A stretch of DNA of 64,000 bases from Clostridia bacterium. Lineage in GTDB: Bacteria; Bacillota; Clostridia; TANB77; CAG-465. Every line of letters starts with the position of its first letter. Position 1 is the stretch's first letter. This document shows positions 28,850 through 38,542 of this stretch, in pieces. A program made the position numbers and the translations under genes. Under the pieces are notes generated by a model that was given only the letters and a program-made list of their open reading frames with translations, had not been told where the DNA came from and did no database searches. The stretch is from positions 1,946 to 65,945 of the forward strand of contig JAVWPP010000001.1 in NCBI GenBank assembly GCA_036635835.1, given 5' to 3'.

Positions 28850-29875
28850 CTATTTTCGCTTTGCTTTTAATATTCTTTTTAATACGTCAATATTTTCAAG
28901 AGCCATGCCAGCTCCAACAGTTACGCAGTCTAAAGGTTTTTCATGTATGTTTACAGGTATACCGGTTTTTAGACTCATGTATCTATCTATGTTTTTAAGC
29001 AGCGCTCCACCACCTGTTAGCATGATGCCTTGCTCCATTATGTCTGAAGAAAGCTCTGGCGGAGTTACTTCTAAAGTTGCTTTAACAGCAGTTACTATAG
29101 AGTCTATAACTTCTTGCATAGCTTCTTGTACATTAGTTGTTGTAATAGTTACAGTTTCCGGTAAACCAGAAGTTAGATTTCTACCTTTAACCTGCATTTT
29201 TTCATCTGTCATAGATGTAAACGCAGCTCCTATTTTTATTTTTACTTCTTCTGCTGTAGTGCTACCAATTAATAGATTGTAATTTTTTTTCATGTACTCT
29301 ATAATTGACTCATCTAGCTTATCTCCTGCTATTCTTATAGACTTAGTTACTACTATGCCTCCTAGAGAAAGTACCCCTATTTCGGTAGTTCCGCCGCCTA
29401 TATCTACAACCATGCAGCCTTCTGGTCTATCTACTTTTAAGCCAGCTCCAATAGCTGCTGCCATTGGTTCTTCCATTAGATATACTTCTTTTGCACCTGC
29501 TTTTAGGACAACTTCTTCTACTGCACGTTCTTCTACATCTGTTACGCCAGATGGGACGCATATAACTACTCTAGGCCTGCTAAGCAAGCTTTTTGGTATA
29601 ACTTTTTGCATAAAGTCTGCAAGCATTAAGATAGTGGCATCAAAATCCGCAATAACTCCGTCTGTAAGCGGCCTTACAGCTAAAATATTATCTGGAGTTC
29701 TTCCAAACATTTCTTTTGCTTTATGCCCTATGAATAGGACTTCGCTAGATATATTGTTTATTGCTACAATTGAAGGCTCTCTAAGCACAATACCTTTTCC
29801 TTTTACATGTATTAAAGTATTTGTTGTACCTAAATCTATTGCTATATCCTTTACAAAAAAATTCATATAATTCAC
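28850..29875 (-). CDS. mreB: Actin-like MreB
   Basis: IDLGTTNT, EEPMAAAIGAG, VDIGGGTTE, LTGGGALL. Confidence 0.97.
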   Translation of the reverse strand: MNYMNFFVKDIAIDLGTTNTLIHVKGKGIVLREPSIVAINNISSEVLFIGHKAKEMFGRTPDNILAVRPLTDGVIADFDATILMLADFMQKVIPKSLLSRPRVVICVPSGVTDVEERAVEEVVLKAGAKEVYLMEEPMAAAIGAGLKVDRPEGCMVVDIGGGTTEIGVLSLGGIVVTKSIRIAGDKLDESIIEYMKKNYNLLIGSTTAEEVKIKIGAAFTSMTDEKMQVKGRNLTSGLPETVTITTTNVQEAMQEVIDSIVTAVKATLEVTPPELSSDIMEQGIMLTGGGALLKNIDRYMSLKTGIPVNIHEKPLDCVTVGAGMALENIDVLKRILKAKRK

Positions 29876-29918
29876 TCCTCTTAATTACTATATATATTAC
29901 TACTTCTACAACTATTTT

Positions 29919-30605
29919 TTATATTAAATTCATTTCTTTTAGACTTTTAAAACAATTTTTGCCTACAACTATATGATCTAATACATCTATATCAAAAAGA
30001 CTTGCTGCGCTCATGATTGACCTTGTAAAATTAACATCTTCTTTACTTGGCGTTGGGTCCCCACTTGGGTGATTATGCACAAGTATTATACTAGAAGCCA
30101 TTTGTTTTAGTGGCTCAGATAGTATTTCTTTTGGAGTTATTATTATCTTACTTTGGCCTCCCATAGCATTTGTTATAATGCTAATGACATCGTTTTTTAC
30201 GTTGAGTATAACCGTCTTAATAACTTCTTGATTTAAGTCTTCCATCTCTGCTCTTACTAGCGCATATACAGTTTCCGGTGACTTAATTTTACTGCTTTTT
30301 TTACTTTCTTGATATTTTATTCTTCTTGCAATTTCAAATAAGGCTTTTATTTGAATTGCTTTTACTTTGCCAATTCCATTAAAGGTTTCTAGTTCTTTAA
30401 TGGATAGGTCTTTTATTATGCTAAAACCTGTATTGCTAGTAGATTCTTTCGTTAGCAAGTTTTGTGCAAGTTTTACACTACTAATATTTTTAGTGCCAGA
30501 TTTTATAATTATAGCAAGCAGCTCAGAATCTGTAAGTTTGCTTGCTCCATAGCGCTCTAGTTTTTCGTATGGCCTATCTTCTAGCGGTAATTCTTTAATA
30601 GCTAT
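29919..30605 (-). CDS. radC: RadC/JAB-domain protein, about 228 aa, probable non-canonical ATA start
   Basis: HNHPSGDPTPS..D, DHIVVG. The conserved N-terminus (IKELPLEDRPYEKL..YG...L.D.ELLAII) is in frame upstream of the track start and has no ATG/GTG/TTG before it. Confidence 0.85.
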   Translation of the reverse strand: MAIKELPLEDRPYEKLERYGASKLTDSELLAIIIKSGTKNISSVKLAQNLLTKESTSNTGFSIIKDLSIKELETFNGIGKVKAIQIKALFEIARRIKYQESKKSSKIKSPETVYALVRAEMEDLNQEVIKTVILNVKNDVISIITNAMGGQSKIIITPKEILSEPLKQMASSIILVHNHPSGDPTPSKEDVNFTRSIMSAASLFDIDVLDHIVVGKNCFKSLKEMNLI

Positions 30606-30853
30606 TTTCTTAGTACCTTGTTACTAACTATAGCAGCTGTAATAAGTCCTATTACCCCTGCTAAATTAAGCTTCATCCAGAAACCTAATGTAACTTTCAT
30701 TATTCCTAAATTTAGAACAGCTGGTTCTGTTATTCCAAAATCAAATCCAAAACTTAAAAATTTTAGCCAGCTTACTGATGCTGCTAAGTCCCCCAATAAT
30801 ACCCCCATTACTAGGCCTGCTAGTAATAAAACTATTGTTAAAAAGTGTTTCAT
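30602..30853 (-). CDS. DUF4321-like small membrane protein
   Basis: 83 aa; G..LG....WL.FL..G..FG...P..LNLG..; usual position upstream of (maf)-radC. Confidence 0.75.
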   Translation of the reverse strand: MKHFLTIVLLLAGLVMGVLLGDLAASVSWLKFLSFGFDFGITEPAVLNLGIMKVTLGFWMKLNLAGVIGLITAAIVSNKVLRK

Positions 30854-31073
30854 TGAAACTCCTCCTTTTTACTAGTTCATTATATAACTAAAAGCTTTTT
30901 TTTTCAATAGGTTTTATGCATTTAATGTATCTGGTAATGAATGCGTCAAATTTAGTGCTGATAATTAAAACGTAGAATCTATGTTTTAAAAAAAAGCAAA
31001 AACTATAGTGGAAAGGAAAAATGCAAAAAATGTAGAAAAAAGAAAGAATAGAATAGATCTATTCTTCCTTAAA

Positions 31074-31589
31074 TTATATAAAAAATGCAATTACAAACAA
31101 TATAATTCCTAAAGCCCAAGGGCATACCTTATTTAAGAAAGTTCGCTCATCATCTTCTTTAGCTTCATCTTCTAAATATATATTAAATGAAACAGAAGCA
31201 AGAAATGTAAACATAATTAGCATTATATAGTCCTTAAACATAACCGCATTTACTAATATACAAGGAAGACAAATGAATGTAAATTCTTTGCCTGTAATAG
31301 AGGCTTTTTTAGAAAATATAGTTGTTCTATAATGTATTAAAAGGGCTAGAAATATACCTTTTAGCATAGCTGGCATCATTCCTATAAATATAACATCCCT
31401 TAATATAAGGACAACCACAACTATAATAATTGGAAGGACAATTTGCCTTAAAAATTTCAAATTTTTTCGGTTTTTCACTATACTTTCCGGGTTAATTTCT
31501 AAGTTTTTACTACCATTATAATTAATTTTTCCAGCTGCTATCTCTTCTCTTTTCTTCTGTAGCTCAGCTTCTAAATCTTCTTCAACCAT
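31074..31589 (-). CDS. Hypothetical membrane protein
   Basis: Charged N-terminus followed by several TM helices; GAGG RBS. Confidence 0.7.
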   Translation of the reverse strand: MVEEDLEAELQKKREEIAAGKINYNGSKNLEINPESIVKNRKNLKFLRQIVLPIIIVVVVLILRDVIFIGMMPAMLKGIFLALLIHYRTTIFSKKASITGKEFTFICLPCILVNAVMFKDYIMLIMFTFLASVSFNIYLEDEAKEDDERTFLNKVCPWALGIILFVIAFFI

Positions 31590-31605
31590 GTATTTACCTC
31601 ATAAT

Positions 31606-31992
31606 TTATATACTTTTTTTATCTTCAGTATTTTCTTTTTTAGATTTACTACTATCGTAAGTTTTATCTAATATTTTTCTTCTTATAAAAGTAAAATTAT
31701 TTAATATTCTTGTACTAAACACAATTATTACTGCTAAATAAATATCTACATCTAGTTTCAATCCTACAAATACTAAAAATATTGCTATTAATGCATTTCC
31801 AAAAAAACCAGATACGAATACTTTTAAATTAAATTTTTCATCTAAATTTGAATTATATGCACCAAATACAGAATCTAGACAAGCAAGAATTGCTACTGCT
31901 AAATATTTTGTTAAACTATATGGTATGTTAAAAGTTAAACCTGTTAATATACCTAGAACTATTGCTATAACTGAAAGTATTATTCCAAACAT
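31606..31992 (-). CDS. Small basic protein Sbp (DUF1290)
   Basis: YLAVAILACLDSVFG, FVSGFFGN, LDVDIYLA..VF..RI.NN. Confidence 0.9.
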   Translation of the reverse strand: MFGIILSVIAIVLGILTGLTFNIPYSLTKYLAVAILACLDSVFGAYNSNLDEKFNLKVFVSGFFGNALIAIFLVFVGLKLDVDIYLAVIIVFSTRILNNFTFIRRKILDKTYDSSKSKKENTEDKKSI

Positions 31993-32003
31993 ATCTATCC
32001 CCC

Positions 32004-32750
32004 CTATTTGTTATATATTGTTGCATATTTAAAGTTTAAAGTCTTAGAGTATTTTTCAATTACTATTTGTTTTTCTCTTTCAACTTTAATTTGAATGCCG
32101 TATGAAGATTTTAAACTATCTGCTACTCCGCCTTTTAAATTAATAGCACTTTCTAAATACTGAGAATTTCCTATTGCTTTAATTTCAAAAGGTGGCCCTA
32201 TTTTATTATCATTTACTATAATTAATGCACCTGCAGATCTAATTGCAGTTGTAGATAGTACTCTATTTCCATTTATACTTATAGCCTCTGCACCTGAAGC
32301 TTTTAATTCATTTATTAGTGCTAAAAGATCCGAATCATGAACAACAAGTGAACTTTGCTCTAGGTTATCTGTTGGCTGCTTTTTACTATCGTCAACTACA
32401 ACGACAATACCTTCCCCTACTACAGATTTAGCCCCCGAAAGCGCTGCATATGCATTGTTTTCATCTGACAGTGACTTAATTAAACTATCATTTGTAGACG
32501 AATTATTTTTATATTCTTCTACTATTTTTCTTTGCTCATCGCTTAATTTTTTTAAATTATCATATTCAACTTTTAAAGAAGTATAGTCTGACTTTAAATC
32601 TTCTTCTCTTTTATTTTGAAGAACTTCATCAGATTTACTTATAACCTTAATTTGCGCTGTAAGCATTGCAGATAATAAAAAAATTAGAACTGCTATTGCT
32701 ACATACGTAGATTTTGTTTTATTTGATTTTCTTTTTTCCATATATATCAC
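32004..32750 (-). CDS. DUF881 (YlxW/YlxX-like) protein
   Basis: GEGIVVVVDDS, VHDSDL...NEL.ASGAEAISING.R, PFEIKAIG. Confidence 0.92.
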   Translation of the reverse strand: MIYMEKRKSNKTKSTYVAIAVLIFLLSAMLTAQIKVISKSDEVLQNKREEDLKSDYTSLKVEYDNLKKLSDEQRKIVEEYKNNSSTNDSLIKSLSDENNAYAALSGAKSVVGEGIVVVVDDSKKQPTDNLEQSSLVVHDSDLLALINELKASGAEAISINGNRVLSTTAIRSAGALIIVNDNKIGPPFEIKAIGNSQYLESAINLKGGVADSLKSSYGIQIKVEREKQIVIEKYSKTLNFKYATIYNK

Positions 32751-32933
32751 CTTCTATTAATTTACAATATCATTATAACAAAATTAAATATAAAAGTAAA
32801 GAACTAAAACAGATATTCAATATTTTAATGAGTTTAAGGAAGAAAAATTAAAATTAAATTAAAATGAAAAAATAAAAATGAAAAATATAAAAAAAACGCA
32901 AACAATCTTTTTTAGACAATTTGCATTTAATTA

Positions 32934-33722
32934 TTAATTTATTTCTTGACTATATGGGTTATCTTTTGTCATATCTATAAACACTGTTGATGGTGTTATT
33001 TCATTTAATATTTTATTTAGAAATCTTATTGTATATTCTAACTTGTCAGAAGAGCTTGGTAAAAGTACATTTAACTTTTCATCAATAACTAAAGTTATGG
33101 CATTACCAGCAAAAACAATTGAAGTTGCCTTCCTACTTTTTATTTGAGAGTTATATTCATCTACTATTTTTTGCGCTGCTTCTAGCTGATATACAACCAC
33201 TTGATTTAGCTTTTCTCCGGGTATTAACTCATCTAATGTAATGCCACGAATTAAATAATCTGAGGGTTTAAGCTCGTATTTGTCTGTTTCTTCTAGAACG
33301 TAGCCAAGCTCATCTATAAGCACTATTTTATTTGTCTTATTGTTTAGAACTTTATATTTTTCTTTTTTTTCTACAATAGTTATATCTAAAGTTTTAGGAA
33401 AAAATTTATTTATAACCACTTTTTTTACATACGGTAGTTTAAGTATATTTTTTTGTATTTTAGCTACGTCTATTTTAAAAATATTTACGTTTGTGTTTAT
33501 ATCTATAGCTTGCAAAATTTGTTTTTCTGTATAGTGTTTTGTTGCAGCAGCGTTTATTTTTTTTACATTAAAACTAGGCATATTACTACAAACAAAATAT
33601 GCAATTACACAAGATACTAAAAGAAAAATTAAAATGGTGAATTTAATTAACAAATTAGGATCTCCCTTTTTTTTCTTTTTACTTTTATCTTTTACATCAT
33701 TAACTTCTTTCAAATACATCAC
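32934..33722 (-). CDS. ftsQ: Cell division protein FtsQ/DivIB
   Basis: TM + POTRA domain (FNVKKI, NIFK, LPYVKKV....FP..L.I.I.E); follows murG. Confidence 0.85.
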   Translation of the reverse strand: MMYLKEVNDVKDKSKKKKKGDPNLLIKFTILIFLLVSCVIAYFVCSNMPSFNVKKINAAATKHYTEKQILQAIDINTNVNIFKIDVAKIQKNILKLPYVKKVVINKFFPKTLDITIVEKKEKYKVLNNKTNKIVLIDELGYVLEETDKYELKPSDYLIRGITLDELIPGEKLNQVVVYQLEAAQKIVDEYNSQIKSRKATSIVFAGNAITLVIDEKLNVLLPSSSDKLEYTIRFLNKILNEITPSTVFIDMTKDNPYSQEIN

Positions 33723-34850
33723 CTATTTTCCTATCGTAGTTTTAATTGCACCATATATTCTATCGTCTACTCCATCTACATACTTTTCTGAAATGCCGTC
33801 TTTCATGAGTTGTAGCTTATTATTGTCTAAAATAATAGAATTAATTACAGCGTAAAGTTTTTCTGCTGTTAAATCTTTTTCTTCTATAATTTCTGCTCCG
33901 TCTACAGAAGCTAAAACATTAGCGTTAAATAGCTGATGGTTTTCTGCTGCATATGGAAGTGGTATAAGTACCGCAGGTAAACTTGTTGTTACAAGCTCAG
34001 TTATAGTAAGGGCTCCAGACCTTGTAAGAGCTATGTCAGAGGCTTTATACATCTTTTCCATGTCGTATACAAAAGGTAGTACTTTTAAGTTTTTGCAGTT
34101 TTCTAAGCCTTTTTCTTTAAGTAAATCTTTAACCATATCATAGTTAGAATTTCCAGATATTAAAACGTAGTAGCTGTCATTTAGCTCCTTATCTTCTTTG
34201 TGTTTGCTGAAAATTTCAGTAAGTAGCGTGCTAAAAATTTGAGCTCCTTGGCTTCCTCCTGTAACTAAAACAACTTTTTTAGTTAGTGGAATATCTAATT
34301 CTTGCCTGCACTCTCTTTTATCTAATCTATCAAAAGAAGCTTTAGAAAATTTTATTGGAGTTCCAGTGTAAATTATTTTAGGACATTTTTCTGTTATTTT
34401 TTTTCTAGCTTCTTCAAAACCTATCATTACGCAGGCTGCATTTTTAGCAAGAATTTTAACAGCTAGTCCTGGAAAAGCATTGCTTTCATGAAGCATGTAC
34501 TTTACCTTTAAACTTTTTGCAGCTAGCATAACTGGCACGCAAACAAATCCACCAGTTCCAATTATTAAATCCGGTTTAAATTTTTTTATTATTTTCTTAG
34601 CATCTCCAATTCCTTTAACATTTGTCCAAAGAGATTCTAAATTTTTAAAAGTAAGCTTTCTTACTATTCTACTAGTTCTAATATTTTTTTGGTTAAATCC
34701 ATGTTTTTTAACAAGATCGTTTTCCATCTCGTTATTTCTACCTATAAATAGAACTTTAGTGTCTACGTCTCTTTTAATAAGGTCATTAGCTATAGCTATA
34801 GCAGGATTTATATGTCCACCAGAACCTGCACATGCAAATATTATTTTCAT
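33723..34850 (-). CDS. murG: MurG glycosyltransferase
   Basis: AGSGGHINPA, GTGGFV, HESNAFPG, GGSQGA, RSGALT, HQLFNA. Confidence 0.97.
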   Translation of the reverse strand: MKIIFACAGSGGHINPAIAIANDLIKRDVDTKVLFIGRNNEMENDLVKKHGFNQKNIRTSRIVRKLTFKNLESLWTNVKGIGDAKKIIKKFKPDLIIGTGGFVCVPVMLAAKSLKVKYMLHESNAFPGLAVKILAKNAACVMIGFEEARKKITEKCPKIIYTGTPIKFSKASFDRLDKRECRQELDIPLTKKVVLVTGGSQGAQIFSTLLTEIFSKHKEDKELNDSYYVLISGNSNYDMVKDLLKEKGLENCKNLKVLPFVYDMEKMYKASDIALTRSGALTITELVTTSLPAVLIPLPYAAENHQLFNANVLASVDGAEIIEEKDLTAEKLYAVINSIILDNNKLQLMKDGISEKYVDGVDDRIYGAIKTTIGK

Positions 34851-34860
34851 AAAAATCCTC

Positions 34861-35988
34861 CTATTCTACACGTTTCGACATGTTAAGAAGCACTCCAATT
34901 GCTCCTAAGTTTATAATTAATGCTGTTCCACCGTAACTAAATAGCGGTAGAGGCATTCCGGTAACTGGCACCATTGCCGTAACAACGCATATATTTATTA
35001 TAACCTGAGCCGCTATCATGGAGGTTATGCCTGTTGCAACTAAAGTGCAAAATAGGTCTCTTGAACTAAGTGCAACTACATATCCTCTTAATATTAAGAT
35101 AAAGAAGCATAGAAGTACTACTGCGCACCCTATCCAGCCAAGTTCTTCTGCTAAAACTGCAAATATAAAGTCAGTTTGAGCTTCTGGAAGCCATAAATAT
35201 TTTTGTCTGCTTTGTCCTAGGCCTCTTCCAAATAATTTACCAGAACCAACTGCGTATAACGACTGATTTGCTTGCCACTCTCCGGAAGACTGAATTTCTC
35301 CGGTTGGTTTTACAAAGTTCACTATTCTCTTTAATCTAAAGCCTGTTGGATCTCCAAATATAAAGATAGAGCCTGCTACAAGTATTAGTATTAAGGATGC
35401 TGCAACGTATCTTTTCTTTATTCTAATGCCACTTGCAAGTATTATTGAGAAAGCTATAACGCACATTATTACAACGCCGCTCATGTGATTTTGGAAATAT
35501 AACGCAATTCCAACTGCGGACAGCATACAAAGACATGGCATTAATCCTTTGATTTTGTTGTCTATTTTTTTGAAATTCGTAGAAATGTACATTGATAGTC
35601 CAAAAATTAGACCTATCTTCATAAACTCAGAAGGCTGCATAGACTGCCCTGCTATTCTTAGCCACCTTGTAGCGCCTCCACTAGACCCGCTAAGGCCTGG
35701 TATGAAGACAAGTAGCATTGCTATAAAAGATATTGCAAAAGCAGGATAGCTAAGTTTTTTCATCCATTTATAATCTACGGCAGATGCAACTAGCATAACT
35801 ATAAGACCAATTGCTGCTGCTTTAGATTGCTGATTTAAAAAGATATTTTGCTTTCCAAACTGTGCTATTGAGGCATACGAACTTGCGCTTGAAACCATTA
35901 CTATTCCAAAGCTAAGTAGTATTAATGTAGCAGCTATAATCCAAAAATCCGCATTTTTTTTTGCTTTTTTTACCTCAGTATTATCCAT
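34861..35988 (-). CDS. ftsW: SEDS protein FtsW/SpoVE
   Basis: GATRWL, QPSEFMK, GRGLGQSRQK, LPEAQTDFIF, PVTGMPLPLFSYGG. Confidence 0.93.
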   Translation of the reverse strand: MDNTEVKKAKKNADFWIIAATLILLSFGIVMVSSASSYASIAQFGKQNIFLNQQSKAAAIGLIVMLVASAVDYKWMKKLSYPAFAISFIAMLLVFIPGLSGSSGGATRWLRIAGQSMQPSEFMKIGLIFGLSMYISTNFKKIDNKIKGLMPCLCMLSAVGIALYFQNHMSGVVIMCVIAFSIILASGIRIKKRYVAASLILILVAGSIFIFGDPTGFRLKRIVNFVKPTGEIQSSGEWQANQSLYAVGSGKLFGRGLGQSRQKYLWLPEAQTDFIFAVLAEELGWIGCAVVLLCFFILILRGYVVALSSRDLFCTLVATGITSMIAAQVIINICVVTAMVPVTGMPLPLFSYGGTALIINLGAIGVLLNMSKRVE

Positions 35989-35999
35989 CTTATATCACC

Positions 36000-36954
36000 C
36001 TATATCAAATATGCACCTAAACATGCTAATGCAGTTATAACCCAAAATATGAAAACTATAACGTTTTCACTCCATCCACTCATTTCAAAATGATGATGAA
36101 TTGGAGCCATTTTAAAAAATCTTTTTCCTTTAGTTATTTTGAAAAATACAACTTGTATAATTACAGAAACAACTTCTATAACAGGTATAATTGCTGCTAT
36201 TAATAGATATATAGGCATCTTTAAAAGTATTGCCATCATACCAATTGCAGCGCCTAAAGCAAGGGAACCTGTATCTCCCATAAACACTTTAGCAGGTTTT
36301 AAATTAAACATTAAAAATCCAATTGTAGAACCAATAACTATAGCTCCAAATAATGCAACTTCTACATTACCAGACCTCATAGCAGATAAAGTTAAGAAAG
36401 TTAATATAATTACACTTACACCACTTGCAAGTCCATCTAAACCATCTGTAAAATTAATTGCATTTGTTATAGATAATAAAACAACTATATTAAATAAGAC
36501 AAAAGCTATCATTGGAATAACTAATGGTTGCATAAAAAATGGTATTATTAATTCTGGAGCAATATGTTTAAGCACTATTTGCAAGCCTAAGAATATTGCT
36601 GATGCAATAAACAGTCCTAACATCTTTTTACTAGCTGACATGCCCTCAGGGTCTTTAAGTACTAATTTTTTATAGTCATCCTTCAAGCCTACCATTCCAA
36701 AAATAACCATACATACAGTAGGTATTATTAAGCCATTATATTTTACACTTAATACTCCGACCTACAATTACTACAGTAAGTATTATAAATATTCCACCCA
36801 TAGTTGGTGTTCCGTTTTTCTTAATATGTGATCTTGGACCGTCTTCTCTTACAACTTGCCCGATTTTCTTTTTTCTAAGTATTGGTATTCCTATCATTGC
36901 TATAACAGTTGTCACTACAAATGCCACAACCATTGCTATTGATTCTAATGTCAT
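36000..36954 (-). CDS. mraY: MraY, interrupted by a +1 frameshift near 36757-36762 (317 aa if one base is skipped)
   Basis: 5' part has [21 protein letters not shown]; 3' part has [26 protein letters not shown]. Total span is 955 nt (3n+1). Confidence 0.9.
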
Positions 36955-36971
36955 CTATTTCACCTTTATCC

Positions 36972-38453
36972 TTAATATTGATTTGTATTTTTATCTTCCA
37001 TTTCAGAAGCTATTTGTTTAACTATATCTCTTTCATCAAAATGAATTGTTTTATTTCTTAATTCTTGAGATGTTTCATGTCCTTTTCCAGCAAGTATAAC
37101 TATATCATTTCTCCATGCTATTTGCATAGCGAACTTTATAGCTTCTTTTCTGTTTTCAATTACTTTATATATGCCTTTTGTCTTATTAACTCCAGCTTCA
37201 ATTTCTTTCATTATCTTTGCTGCATTTTCGCTTCTTGGATTATCTGTTGTTATAATAGTAAAATCCGCTAATCTGCCAGATATTTCACCCATCATAGGTC
37301 TTTTAGCAGTATCTCTATCTCCACCACAACCAAATACACAAATAACTCTTCCTCTACAGTATTTCTTAGCAGCTTGAATTACACTTTCTAAACTATTTGG
37401 TGTATGCGCAAAATCTATCATAACAGTAAATGTTTTATCTATATCTACAATTTCACTTCTACCTGGAACTTTTACCTCTAGTAGTGCCTTTTCTATAGAA
37501 TCTATTTGCACTCCAAATGTACTAACAACGCCAATTGCAGCAAGTGAATTATATACAGAATATCTACCTGGTATATTTACTATAAACTTCTGTAGCATTT
37601 TATTTATAAACATTTTAAATTCTACATATTTACTATTTATTTTTATATCTACCGCTGTTAAATTGCTACTATTATCTAGTCCATATGTTGCATGTGGGCA
37701 TTTAAGTAATTTTAGCACTTTAGGCGCATATATATCATCTGAATTAACTAATGCATATTCTGACTGATCGAATAATTTCATCTTTGTATTAAAATAATTA
37801 TCCATTGTTTTATGGAAATCTAAATGATCTTGAGAAAGATTAGTGTATACACCAATTGCAAATTTAATTCCATGTACTCTATGAAGTTCTAGCGCATGTG
37901 ATGTAACTTCCATTACAACATATTCCATGCCTGCGTCTACCATATTTCTAAATATCTTATGTAGATTTAAGCTTTCTGGGCAGCTTCTACTTGCATCGAA
38001 TTTATTATTTCCATAAGTTATATTAACTCCGCCTATCATACCGATAGGTTTACCTGCATTTAGCATCATATCTCTGATCATATACGCTGTAGTTGTTTTT
38101 CCTTTTGTTCCTGTTATACCAATGATTTTAAGCTCATCTGCTGGGTGTCCATAATATACAGCTGCAATTTCTGCTAAAGCTATTCTAATATTTGGAACAG
38201 TTACGTATGTTGCTTCTAGCTCGCTACCTAGCTCTGAATTTTCTTCAACAACTACTACTTTTGCTCCTTTGCTTATTGCTTCTGGTATATATTTATTGCC
38301 ATCTTCTTCATAACCAGAAATTGCAACAAATATATCTCCTTCTTCTATTTTTTTTGAATCATGTTCAATTTTATTAAACTGTACATCTTCACTCCCTTTT
38401 AAAATTTTATGTTCTATACCTTCAAATAACTCTTTTAAAAACATATCTAACAT
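36972..38453 (-). CDS. murE: MurE ligase (DNPR motif, meso-DAP type)
   Basis: GITGTKGKTT, MEVTSH, DHLDFH, DFAHTP, FGCGGDRD, DNPR, AGKGHE. Confidence 0.96.
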   Translation of the reverse strand: MLDMFLKELFEGIEHKILKGSEDVQFNKIEHDSKKIEEGDIFVAISGYEEDGNKYIPEAISKGAKVVVVEENSELGSELEATYVTVPNIRIALAEIAAVYYGHPADELKIIGITGTKGKTTTAYMIRDMMLNAGKPIGMIGGVNITYGNNKFDASRSCPESLNLHKIFRNMVDAGMEYVVMEVTSHALELHRVHGIKFAIGVYTNLSQDHLDFHKTMDNYFNTKMKLFDQSEYALVNSDDIYAPKVLKLLKCPHATYGLDNSSNLTAVDIKINSKYVEFKMFINKMLQKFIVNIPGRYSVYNSLAAIGVVSTFGVQIDSIEKALLEVKVPGRSEIVDIDKTFTVMIDFAHTPNSLESVIQAAKKYCRGRVICVFGCGGDRDTAKRPMMGEISGRLADFTIITTDNPRSENAAKIMKEIEAGVNKTKGIYKVIENRKEAIKFAMQIAWRNDIVILAGKGHETSQELRNKTIHFDERDIVKQIASEMEDKNTNQY

Positions 38454-38542
38454 CCTCCATTTTCTTTAATCTACTATATCCATATAATTATATAAATACT
38501 TTTACACCATTATACCATATATGATTTAATATTTCACCTATT

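Noticed and set aside
36000..36710. mraY as two independently translated genes or a dead pseudogene
   Set aside because: No RBS before ATG 36710, the 16 bridging codons look like intact MraY sequence, and there are no other lesions. Assembly error remains possible.
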